From: Anaerolineae bacterium
GTDB taxonomy: Bacteria > Chloroflexota > Anaerolineae > UBA1429
Reading direction: 5' to 3'
Length of the DNA stretch: 64,000 bases
Assembly (NCBI GenBank): GCA_963675785.1
Contig: OY776562.1
Span: 864,001-928,000, forward strand
A program made the position numbers and the translations under genes. Under the pieces are notes generated by a model that was not told the DNA's origin, did not search any database, and was given only the letters and a program-made list of their open reading frames with translations. Of this stretch, positions 48,031 through 56,732 are shown piece after piece. How positions within the stretch are numbered: the stretch's first letter is position 1; every line of letters begins with the position of its first letter.

Positions 48031-48945
48031 TTGAGCACCCTTGATCAAGGTCTGCCGATCGTCATTTTGATTCTGGTCGGCGTTTTTATCCGTGTTGCTG
48101 GTATTGTTGGCAGAGATGAACGTCTTGCGATTACCCGGTTGGTGCTTTATATCACCGTCCCCGCGGCGTTGTTTAATTCTTTGGCTCATTCCGACCTTAC
48201 ATCGAATATGGCCGGACTCTCGATAATAGGTTTTGTGCTACCGTGGGTTCTGGCAGGGGTCATGTATCTGGTTACGCCCGATCTAAAGGAGCGCCCCGAG
48301 CAGCGCGGTGTGATGCTTACCGGCATGGTGGTGCTGGGGGTGTTTGCTTATCCATTCTTTGAGGCCTTTTGGGGATCCGAGGGGTTGACTCATATCGGGA
48401 TGTACGACGTTGGCAATGCCCTCTTTGCGGGGTCGGGGGCTGTGTTGTTCTCTGGGGCCTGCGGTGCACGGCGTCAAAAGGGTATCACCTGGGAGAGCGT
48501 CAAGCGCATGATAACCTCTCCCGTGCTGTTGGGGGCGATGGCAGGGCTGGCCGTATCCTTGTTGAACATCCAACTTCCTTTGATTATCTCTACCAGTATC
48601 GATAAACTGGCGGCAGCCAACACTCCCATGGCCATGATTGGGGTGGGCCTCTTTTTGGAGCCCAAGGCAGCGCATTGGAGCCTCATTGGGCGTTATGCTG
48701 CGGTGCGCATGTTGCTGGGTGGCCTGCTCGGGTGGGCGGGCGCCCTCTTGTTGGGCCTGACCGGCCTGGAAATCGTCACGGCGGTCATCGCTTCGTCGCT
48801 GCCAGCGGGAACAATAGCCCTGGTGTATGCCGGTAAAGAGGGCATGGATACAGAATTCGCCGCCTCGATGATCTCGATGACCATTCTGATCGGCATCGTT
48901 GCCATCAATGTGTTGCCGCTCATTTTAGGGCCCATCTATCTCTAG
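48031..48945 (+). CDS. AEC (auxin efflux carrier) family transporter
   Basis: LVLYITVPAALF, AYPF, SPVLLG, NTPMAMIGVG; ~10 TM helices. Confidence 0.85.
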   Translation: MSTLDQGLPIVILILVGVFIRVAGIVGRDERLAITRLVLYITVPAALFNSLAHSDLTSNMAGLSIIGFVLPWVLAGVMYLVTPDLKERPEQRGVMLTGMVVLGVFAYPFFEAFWGSEGLTHIGMYDVGNALFAGSGAVLFSGACGARRQKGITWESVKRMITSPVLLGAMAGLAVSLLNIQLPLIISTSIDKLAAANTPMAMIGVGLFLEPKAAHWSLIGRYAAVRMLLGGLLGWAGALLLGLTGLEIVTAVIASSLPAGTIALVYAGKEGMDTEFAASMISMTILIGIVAINVLPLILGPIYL

Positions 48946-48966
48946 CAAAGCAAAGGTGTATTCACC

Positions 48967-50103
48967 GTGTTCAAAAGGGGCACGATCAGATTAGGTAAAA
49001 TTCAGGGTGTACCGGTCACGGTGCACTATTCGTGGCTATTTGTCATCATTCTGTTTATCTGGACATTTGGCGCCAATTTGTTCCCTGGTCTCTTTCCGGA
49101 ATGGTCCGAGTCGCTAACCTGGGGCATGTCGGTGGTGGTGACAGTGTTGTTTGTGGGCTCTGTATTCGTCCATGAATTGGCCCACACATTGGTCGCCTCG
49201 CGCAAGGGCCTTGTCGTTAAAGAAATTACCCTTTATCTCTTTGGGGGGCTTTCTCAACTCGAACAAGAGCCGAAAAAGCCAGGCGATGATTTCTGGGTGG
49301 CTTTTGCAGGGCCGGCGGCCAGTCTCATTCTGGGCGGCGTGTTTATGCTACTGGGCTTTTTGCTACCCTGGGAGCCGTTGGCTGCTGCGTTGGGTATTGC
49401 GGCAAGCCTTTCGCTAACCTTGGGGGCGTTTAATCTGTTGCCGGGCTTTCCACTGGATGGTGGACGTGTTTTGCGTGCCGCTATTTGGGCTGCAAAAGGC
49501 GACCGCGAGTTGGCAACACGCTGGGCGTCGCGTGTGGGCGAGTTTATCGCCATGGGCATGATGCTTTTAGGTATTGTGTTCATTGTTACGGGCCAATGGA
49601 TAGACGGCTTTTGGCTGATGGGGCTATCAGCAATCCTTAGTCGATCGTCTCGAACGGCGCGGGCACGCTCGTCGCTCGAGACCCTGCTCGAAGGCCACTC
49701 GGTACTCGAAGTAATGGAAGATGGCGGCGTTGCTGTGCCGCCTCAGCTCACCCTCGACGTGCTCATTGAGCAGTATATGTATCAAGGCAGCCCAGAATTT
49801 GCTGTCGGCCGAATCGATGAAGTTATCGGTTCGATCAATGTCAACCAGATACAGCAGGTGCCTCATGCAACATGGAAGACGTCGCGCGTTAAGGACGTTA
49901 TGACGGAGTTGGGTGGCGGCACCATCATTGCGCCGGAGACGTCGTTATGGCAAGCCCTGCAATATCTGGCTCAAAATAACCTTTCCGGATTGCCCGTCAT
50001 TCAAGAAACGCGGTTGGTGGGCACGCTCGATCGGGAACGCTTATTGCGGATGCTCAATCGGTTGCAAATTACGCGAGAATTCCCCTCCATGGAGAATGAA
50101 TAG
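48967..50103 (+). CDS. Site-2 protease (M50) with CBS pair
   Basis: HELAH, AGP, FNLLPGFPLDGG; C-terminal CBS domains. Confidence 0.93.
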   Translation: MFKRGTIRLGKIQGVPVTVHYSWLFVIILFIWTFGANLFPGLFPEWSESLTWGMSVVVTVLFVGSVFVHELAHTLVASRKGLVVKEITLYLFGGLSQLEQEPKKPGDDFWVAFAGPAASLILGGVFMLLGFLLPWEPLAAALGIAASLSLTLGAFNLLPGFPLDGGRVLRAAIWAAKGDRELATRWASRVGEFIAMGMMLLGIVFIVTGQWIDGFWLMGLSAILSRSSRTARARSSLETLLEGHSVLEVMEDGGVAVPPQLTLDVLIEQYMYQGSPEFAVGRIDEVIGSINVNQIQQVPHATWKTSRVKDVMTELGGGTIIAPETSLWQALQYLAQNNLSGLPVIQETRLVGTLDRERLLRMLNRLQITREFPSMENE

Positions 50104-50216
50104 GCGCGTCACTAGCCCGCAGGGCTAGCGGGATAAGTAGGCCATGATTTTGTAGAGTCGCTGGAGGGATCACAAAGCACTAGATTTATATTCAGCTGCA
50201 GGCGAGAGGAGGTTGT

Positions 50217-50705
50217 ATGAGCGGTGCGTTCGAGTTCAATGACCCTCTGTTTGATGTGCCCGCGTCGGCTCTGGAAGCGGACCCGGAAGCACAGATCCGC
50301 GAGCTGCTCTATCGTGTCAGCCAGCTAGAGGCGACATTAGCCGAGGAGCGGATGCAGAATGAGCAGGATATCAAAGAGTTGTTGCTCACGCATATCGCTG
50401 TGGCGGATGACGTGCGTGCGCTGCTGGAGCGTGTCGGCGTGCCGACAACAGCCTCTGAGGCCTTCCTTTCGCGCAACCTGAGTGCTCTTGGTTCCAAGGC
50501 GGCTGCTATTCTCAAGCGTTTTGGCGTAGAGCCGATCCACCTAACCGGGCAGCCTGCTGACCCCGATCTGTGTGATGTTGTGGGGGAGCGGGTTTCTGAC
50601 TTTCCGGCTGGTATGGTGTTGCGAGAGGACATGGCGGGGTATCGTTGGAGGCGCGGCGTTCTGCGCAAGGGCCATGTTACTGTATCGCGGGGGAGGGATG
50701 GTTGA
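50217..50705 (+). CDS. GrpE-like nucleotide exchange factor
   Basis: Coiled coil, then GVEPI..GQPADP..C.VV...GY....VLRKGHVTV, matching the GrpE head but divergent. Confidence 0.75.
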   Translation: MSGAFEFNDPLFDVPASALEADPEAQIRELLYRVSQLEATLAEERMQNEQDIKELLLTHIAVADDVRALLERVGVPTTASEAFLSRNLSALGSKAAAILKRFGVEPIHLTGQPADPDLCDVVGERVSDFPAGMVLREDMAGYRWRRGVLRKGHVTVSRGRDG

Positions 50706-51157
50706 TGGCCGGTCCCGTGATTCAGATCAAGTGTCCCTATTGCTCTAGCCTGTTACCTGCGGGCGAGACCATTTGCCCTGCTTGTCAGGAGGATCTGTCT
50801 GCCTTGGTCAAGCTGGCTTATGAGCATGTCATTCTTTATAATGAGGGCCTGGTATTTGCGCGTCAGGGCCGATTGACTGCGGCTCGCGACAGTTTGTTAC
50901 AAGCCATGGCGCTGATGCCCAGTTTCGCGCCGGCTCATATCGTGTTAGCCAAGGTATATGTTCATTTGGGGGATTGGCCTTCTGCGCTAGAGATGGCCGA
51001 GCGAGCCTATGCGCTGGCGCCGGGGGCGGATACGAACGGGTTACGCCAGGCTATTGCGGCCCATATCTTGACGCCCAGCGTTAGAACTGAACCGGTACAA
51101 GAGACAGAGCATCACGACGCTCAGTGGTGGAAGCGCAAACTTAGAGGTGAAGTGTAA
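50705..51157 (+). CDS. Zinc-ribbon + TPR protein
   Basis: CPYC..CPAC, then YNEGL..ARQG and AHIVLAKVY TPR units; TGATG overlap with the GrpE-like gene. Confidence 0.8.
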   Translation: MAGPVIQIKCPYCSSLLPAGETICPACQEDLSALVKLAYEHVILYNEGLVFARQGRLTAARDSLLQAMALMPSFAPAHIVLAKVYVHLGDWPSALEMAERAYALAPGADTNGLRQAIAAHILTPSVRTEPVQETEHHDAQWWKRKLRGEV

Positions 51158-51187
51158 CGAGGGAGCCGTTAAGGCTCCCTCGTTTTA
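51156..51187. terminator. Terminator between convergent operons
   Basis: aacgagggagcc-gttaa-ggctccctcgtt-ttatt. Confidence 0.8.
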
Positions 51188-53107
51188 TTATCTGGCGATA
51201 GCTTTCCAGGCTCCTCGGATGAGGCCGATGAGCAGCCCGATGACGCTGGTTATTGAATAGGCTGCCACAACGAGCCCAATCCAGGCAGCCGGAGGTGAGG
51301 CACCGGCAACGAGGATGCGCTCCAGATGAGCGATGAGCGGTTCTGCGGCCAGGGTAATGCCAAACAGCGATAGTACTTGATCGGCCTGGGTGGGTAGCAT
51401 ATAAGCGCCGTATAAAAGCAACCCAGAGAGTACAATCCAAAGAATGGCAACCAGCCAAGGGCGGTTATCAAAAGGCTTGTGCACCCTGGCAATGGCGGTT
51501 GTGATCGCTTTTTGGCCCGTGCGCATGGTCGACCAGGCACCGGGCACAGCGCCAGAGATGAGGCGTTTGAGCAGGCGCAAGGCTTCTCGCCAGAGGCTTA
51601 CCGTTGCCGTAACTGGCACCCGAACGGGATCGCGATCATCAGTCTCGATGATGACATTGCCTATCTGTTCTTTGCGAAAGGGCAAGTCTTCGGCATGAAC
51701 GTGTGCGGTGATGTTGGTGGGGATCCCCTTCCAAATGTGAAGCGTTGCTGGCTGCACCTCAAGCCAGGGCACATCAGCACTGAGCCGAGCAACAGTATAG
51801 CCTCGGGTGGCATTATGCAGGGTAGTATGGCGAATCAGTGCCGATTCGCGTGCAACTTTGCCCAACTCGATTTTCTCTGGGCGAGCGAGGATACGCGGCG
51901 TGGTCAAACCCATATCTACCCGGCGCAGGAATTGCTCCAAGCCAGCATCATGGTTCTTTTCCGAAGTGATGATCTCATCGCCGGCGATGACCAGGTCGAG
52001 ACGGTTGATATCGCGCAGCCAGCGCTGCAGGTCGCCTTTGTAAAGGAACGACTTGGCAGCATCCCAATGATCGTCGCAGAGGGAAGGCAGTGCCGAGACA
52101 CTGCGTATTTGCGTGCCGCCGGGAAAGGTAAAGGATTGCAGCTGGCGTTGAGGCATGGTCAGCGCTTCGAGCGCTTCACGCAGTTCTCGCACGGTGCTGC
52201 GCCGCGTTGGATCGGTGCGCAGGGCACGCTGCAGGGCCACAGAAAGTTCACGCGGCAACTGAGACAGGCGTGGCCACTTGAAAGGGTGATTGGTCGGATC
52301 GTCATCGGTAAGTAGATGGTAAGCAGTAGCGGCCAGGCCAAAGACATCCGAGGCGGCTTGCGGCATAGAGCGGTATTGTTCTGGTGCAGCATAGCCGCTG
52401 GTGCCATAGTTGTCTTCGCTGCCGTTGGCGGGTGTTGCAGCGTTGGCAGCTGCATCGGCTGTATGAGCCAGACGGGCTTTGGTAGCGCTTACTTTGGCGG
52501 TGCCAAAGTCTACCAGGCGGGAAAAGCCAAGCTGCTGTTCGACAATGATGTTGGCAGGTTTTACGTCGCCGTGGATGACCGGACGAGGACGCGAATGCAG
52601 GTATTCGAGAATCTGGCAGACCTCGATGATATAGCGAAGCGCTTCCTCCATGGGCAAGGATTGCGCCAGTACATGTTGTCCTTGTGAATCGGCATGGGTT
52701 ACAAAAGATTCCAGGGTTTCGCCCTGAATGTACTCCATGACAAGATAGTAACGGCCATCTTCTTGGAAAAAGGTATAGATTTCGGGGATGCCAGGATGGG
52801 CCAGGCCGGCCAGGGTTCGTCCCTCTTCTTCAAAACGTTCACGCGCCGCCTCCTTTTCCTCAAGGTCGGCAGCGTCATAATATTCGAGCATCTGCTTGAT
52901 GACGCAAAGCCGCTCAAAAGCCCGTTGATCTCGGGCAAGATAAACTGCACCCATGCCGCCGCGGGTAAGGCTGCGAACAATGACATAACTACCGTTTTGC
53001 AGCGCAGACCCCGAAGGGAGCCGCGCATCGAGGCGGCTCCCGCAGACTGGGCAAAATCTGGCCTCCGGACGTGCCGGTTGGCTGCAAACAGGGCAAAGAC
53101 GCGTCAC
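51188..53107 (-). CDS. Ser/Thr protein kinase (non-RD) with N-terminal zinc ribbon, Ig/BACON-like domain and C-terminal TM helices
   Basis: CPVC..FCPVCG; GGMGAVY, VIK, HGDVKPAN, DFG, YAAPEQ; ADVPWLEV; hydrophobic C-terminus. Confidence 0.9.
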   Translation of the reverse strand: MTRLCPVCSQPARPEARFCPVCGSRLDARLPSGSALQNGSYVIVRSLTRGGMGAVYLARDQRAFERLCVIKQMLEYYDAADLEEKEAARERFEEEGRTLAGLAHPGIPEIYTFFQEDGRYYLVMEYIQGETLESFVTHADSQGQHVLAQSLPMEEALRYIIEVCQILEYLHSRPRPVIHGDVKPANIIVEQQLGFSRLVDFGTAKVSATKARLAHTADAAANAATPANGSEDNYGTSGYAAPEQYRSMPQAASDVFGLAATAYHLLTDDDPTNHPFKWPRLSQLPRELSVALQRALRTDPTRRSTVRELREALEALTMPQRQLQSFTFPGGTQIRSVSALPSLCDDHWDAAKSFLYKGDLQRWLRDINRLDLVIAGDEIITSEKNHDAGLEQFLRRVDMGLTTPRILARPEKIELGKVARESALIRHTTLHNATRGYTVARLSADVPWLEVQPATLHIWKGIPTNITAHVHAEDLPFRKEQIGNVIIETDDRDPVRVPVTATVSLWREALRLLKRLISGAVPGAWSTMRTGQKAITTAIARVHKPFDNRPWLVAILWIVLSGLLLYGAYMLPTQADQVLSLFGITLAAEPLIAHLERILVAGASPPAAWIGLVVAAYSITSVIGLLIGLIRGAWKAIAR

Positions 53108-54099
53108 TAGTTTATCCTAAAGATGAATTTGACCCGGCCAGCCTGGATCTCGTCACCATCCTGCAGAGGCATACGCACGCCGGGCTGCAGCCTGGTCTGA
53201 TTGACGATGGTCAGGTTGGTGCTGTTCAGGTCCTCGATGGTGTACTGGTTGCCGATACCGTTGATTTTAAAGTGTCGGCGGGAAACGCCGCCATCTTCTC
53301 CGCCGTGCGGGGTCAGGTCGATATCGGGATAGATGCCGCTATAAGGGTCCTCACGGCCCACAACTGTCTCTGAACCAGCGGCAAGTGGCAGCTCTGTATT
53401 GTTGGCAACGACTACCAGCCGTGCGCTGCTCACTGTGGGAGCGGCGGTTAAGGGCTCGGCAAAGGCTTCTTGCGGTGCGCCAATGACGGCAGCACCACAG
53501 AACGGGCAAAAGGCCTGACCTTCAGGAACCTGGGCACCACAGGCTGCACAAATGGGGCTGGGTTGCGCTACAGCATCTACTGGCTCAACAGCCTGAATTG
53601 GTGCAGGCGCGGGAATCGGTTTGGTGGCTGGGGCAGCGGGTTGAGCGATCGTTGCGCCACCTGCAAGTTGTGCGCCGCAGGCATAGCAGAATTCGTCTTT
53701 GGGATTGGCTGCCGCACCACAGAACGGACACTGACCTTTTGATGCAGTTGCGACTGTTACAGGTTCAGGTGTCGCAACAGGTTCAGGTGCTGCGACAGGC
53801 TCGGGGGTTGGGGCAGCCAACCGAGAGCCGCACTCTGAACAAAACATCTCGCCAGGTGTTACAGATGCGCCGCACGAGGGACAGAGGTCAGCCTGAGACT
53901 GCATTGGTTGTGGCATGGGCATAGGTTGTGGCGCTGCCGGTGGTGCCACTGGCGGTGTCACCGCAGGGGCGGCAGGTATTGGCGCGACTGCAGCAGGTTG
54001 AGCTGCCGGTGCCTGTTGTTCCGAAAGGCGTGCGCCGCACTGATCGCAAAAAACTGCATCATCTGGAGACTTGTTTCCGCAGCGACTGCAGATAATCAT
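53107..54099 (-). CDS. FHA-domain protein with four zinc-ribbon units
   Basis: Four CxxC-x10-CxxC units separated by Pro/Ala linkers; VGRED, GVSRRH, DLNSTN. Confidence 0.92.
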   Translation of the reverse strand: MIICSRCGNKSPDDAVFCDQCGARLSEQQAPAAQPAAVAPIPAAPAVTPPVAPPAAPQPMPMPQPMQSQADLCPSCGASVTPGEMFCSECGSRLAAPTPEPVAAPEPVATPEPVTVATASKGQCPFCGAAANPKDEFCYACGAQLAGGATIAQPAAPATKPIPAPAPIQAVEPVDAVAQPSPICAACGAQVPEGQAFCPFCGAAVIGAPQEAFAEPLTAAPTVSSARLVVVANNTELPLAAGSETVVGREDPYSGIYPDIDLTPHGGEDGGVSRRHFKINGIGNQYTIEDLNSTNLTIVNQTRLQPGVRMPLQDGDEIQAGRVKFIFRIN

Positions 54100-54116
54100 G
54101 GTGAGCTCCTTGTGTT

Positions 54117-55388
54117 CTATTCGTCTTCCAGGGGAAGATCAACGAGTTTTTGAGTCAACTTGCGCGTTTCGTAACGAAGCCGCTTGGTGCCGCCCTGAGA
54201 CATCTGGCCGCTCTGTTCGAGATTATCGGCCTCCTGACTGGCAGCCTGGGCCAGGTCATCTTCGCCGAGTTCGAGCAGACGTGTAGCTGCGGCACGTAGT
54301 TTCATGGTGGCGCCAGCCACGTTGCCCAGTTTGGCTTCTTCAAGCGCCCGCGTTTGCAGGCGGTAGACAGTAACCTTTTCTACAATATTCATGATGCGCG
54401 AATCGTATTGACTCGTCAATGCCGGGTTACCGGTGTATTCGATGACGATATCATTGCGCACAGATTCACCTGTGCGCTGCTGAAGCGGCGCATCATAGGT
54501 GATCTCGCCTTGGGCGACGCGATAACGCCCTTCGGGGCGGGCGGGCAGCAGCAACTCAATGAGCACCGACTTGCCATCTTCGGCATCCAGATCGCCAAGC
54601 TGTACTTGCACGTCATGTTCGCCAAGGGGTGTATAGCCCAGGTTTGAGATGACGGGTGTGACCTGCCAGACCTGGCGGGGCACTACGCCCGATACGAGTC
54701 GCAGAGTCATGTAGGCATTGCGCATTACGGCCTTTTGCGAGCGTTCGACGGTCTGCGTAAAGAAAGGAACGATGTCATCGGCGGTCGAAACCATGTCTGA
54801 GCTGCCTCCGCTGAGGCGGCCGATCTCGTCCAGCAGGTTTTCGTTCCACTGTTCACCCAGGCCAAGTGCCTGAATTTGAATGCGGTGCTCGCCAGCCTCT
54901 TTTGCCAGACGCAAACACTGCGCCTCATCGCCATAGGTTTGGCCGTCGGTCATCAGCAACACCTGATTAGAGCGCGTCTCATCCCACTGGCGGTACACTT
55001 GGCGCAGCCCAAGTGACAAGCCGCGGGACATTTGTGTGCCACCACCGGCTCGCAGTTCGCGAATGGTGTTGTTTAGGGCACTCTGCCGCTGCAATGGTGA
55101 GTTGGAGGCTACGACTTTGGCTGCGTCGTTAAAGATGGTGACCGAAACGAGATCTTCGGGGGCCATCTTGGAGACAGCCATTAGCATAGCCTCTTTGAGG
55201 CGGTCGATCTTGGCGCCGCGCATCGAGCCGCTATGATCCAGCACAAAGCCAAAGTTTAGCGGCATGCGCTTTTGGGCAATCACCTGTGTGGGGCGCGCCT
55301 CAACCAGGACATAGACGAGCTGCTGTGTGCTCGAAACCGGGATATGCAATTTGTTTAGTGAAATGCCGAGTTCCAGTTCTCCGGACAT
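54117..55388 (-). CDS. vWA-domain protein
   Basis: MIDAS DHSGSM, GGT, LMTDGQ; C-terminal helical tail ending TKRLRYETRKLT. Confidence 0.92.
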   Translation of the reverse strand: MSGELELGISLNKLHIPVSSTQQLVYVLVEARPTQVIAQKRMPLNFGFVLDHSGSMRGAKIDRLKEAMLMAVSKMAPEDLVSVTIFNDAAKVVASNSPLQRQSALNNTIRELRAGGGTQMSRGLSLGLRQVYRQWDETRSNQVLLMTDGQTYGDEAQCLRLAKEAGEHRIQIQALGLGEQWNENLLDEIGRLSGGSSDMVSTADDIVPFFTQTVERSQKAVMRNAYMTLRLVSGVVPRQVWQVTPVISNLGYTPLGEHDVQVQLGDLDAEDGKSVLIELLLPARPEGRYRVAQGEITYDAPLQQRTGESVRNDIVIEYTGNPALTSQYDSRIMNIVEKVTVYRLQTRALEEAKLGNVAGATMKLRAAATRLLELGEDDLAQAASQEADNLEQSGQMSQGGTKRLRYETRKLTQKLVDLPLEDE

Positions 55389-55412
55389 TGCGATCTCCTT
55401 ACAAAATAGGTG

Positions 55413-56732
55413 CTAGGCTCTGGAAAGACGCACCACAATAACCGATATATTGTCTTCTCCACCGGCGAGGTTGGCCAGACGGATTAGTTCGTTGGCGGCT
55501 CGCGTAGGATCCATCTCTGTCAGCATGATGCGCTCAATGCCATCATCGCGAACCATCTCCCACAAGCCATCAGAACAGAGAATTAACCGATCTCCATCTT
55601 GCAGAATTTGCTCAAAGGTATCGGGCTTGATGTTGGGCCCATCGCCAATGCTCTGGTAGATCAGATTGCGTTGCGGATGGGAATAGGCATCTTCGCGGCT
55701 GATTTGCTTGGCATCGATGAGCTGCTGAACCAACGAGTGGTCGTGAGAAATCTGGCGCAGCCCCGATGCGTTCCACAGATAGGTACGGCTGTCGCCGACA
55801 TTCGCCACAAAAGCTCGCGAGTTGGAGATGAGCGCCATGGTGACTGTGGTGCTCATGGATGATCCGGCTTCAGTACGTTCGCTCAACACGGCATCGTTTG
55901 CCGCGATGACGCTCTCGGACAAAGATTTTTCAAGTTGTTCGTTGTCCAGCGTTTGTCCGGCCAGCAGCGGCTCCCATACGGCCTGGCGCATCGACTTCCA
56001 GATCGTCGTTGTGGTCAGTTTGCTGGCCACTTCTCCCGAATCCTGGCCGCCGAGGCCATCGGCTACGATGAAAAGGCCCAGACTGGCGCCGGCAGAGTCC
56101 GTGTAAAGGTGCCCCTCGACATAATCCTCATTGTGGTCGCGTGTGATGCCCTTGTCTGTAGCCCAACCCCAGGTGATCTTGAGCGGAAGCAGTTCATTGA
56201 TCTGCTCTTGCTCAACTCGCTCGATTTGATCAAGGGTCAAATAGTATTCGCGGTTGCCCACAGTAAAGGACAGATCAAAGCTATCGGGGGTGGAGGGCAC
56301 TTTTTCGACAAGGGTGGCATAGACCGGCTCGTTGAGATCCGCGCCGCAATCCAGGCAAAAGCGGTCGCCGCGCGTATTATCATCATAGCCGCAGTGCGGG
56401 CATCGGCACCAGTCGCGCACGCGATACGTGTTGAGGTTGTTCGTCTGCTCGATCACTTCTAACACTTCAAAGCGTTCGCCCAGCATATTGCCAGGTTCTA
56501 ATGACGCAGTCTGCGCCTCGGAGGTTAAAGGCACCTCGGGGCTTTCCTGAGCCTCTTGGCTTTTCGTTTCTATGGCTTGTGGGTTGTCTTTGCTGGCATC
56601 AGGTTCAGGTGATGCTGGCAAGGGTGAGCCGCAGAATGCGCAAAATGCTGCACTCTGGCGATTCTCACTCTGGCAGGCTGGACACTTCATGCTGGCCTCT
56701 TTTCTATTTCGGGCAAAAAGCCGAGTTATCAT
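55413..56732 (-). CDS. PP2C-family Ser/Thr phosphatase with two zinc ribbons
   Basis: RDHNED, VADGLGG, NVGDSR, DHS, LCSDGL, GGEDNIS; N-terminal CPAC..FCAFC and CPHC..FCLDC. Confidence 0.93.
   Translation of the reverse strand: MITRLFARNRKEASMKCPACQSENRQSAAFCAFCGSPLPASPEPDASKDNPQAIETKSQEAQESPEVPLTSEAQTASLEPGNMLGERFEVLEVIEQTNNLNTYRVRDWCRCPHCGYDDNTRGDRFCLDCGADLNEPVYATLVEKVPSTPDSFDLSFTVGNREYYLTLDQIERVEQEQINELLPLKITWGWATDKGITRDHNEDYVEGHLYTDSAGASLGLFIVADGLGGQDSGEVASKLTTTTIWKSMRQAVWEPLLAGQTLDNEQLEKSLSESVIAANDAVLSERTEAGSSMSTTVTMALISNSRAFVANVGDSRTYLWNASGLRQISHDHSLVQQLIDAKQISREDAYSHPQRNLIYQSIGDGPNIKPDTFEQILQDGDRLILCSDGLWEMVRDDGIERIMLTEMDPTRAANELIRLANLAGGEDNISVIVVRLSRA

Noticed and set aside
50112-50128. 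ctagccc-gca-gggctag palindrome as a further copy of the 87-bp repeat
   Set aside because: Only a short stem resembles it and the flanks do not align; more likely a simple stem-loop after the M50 gene.
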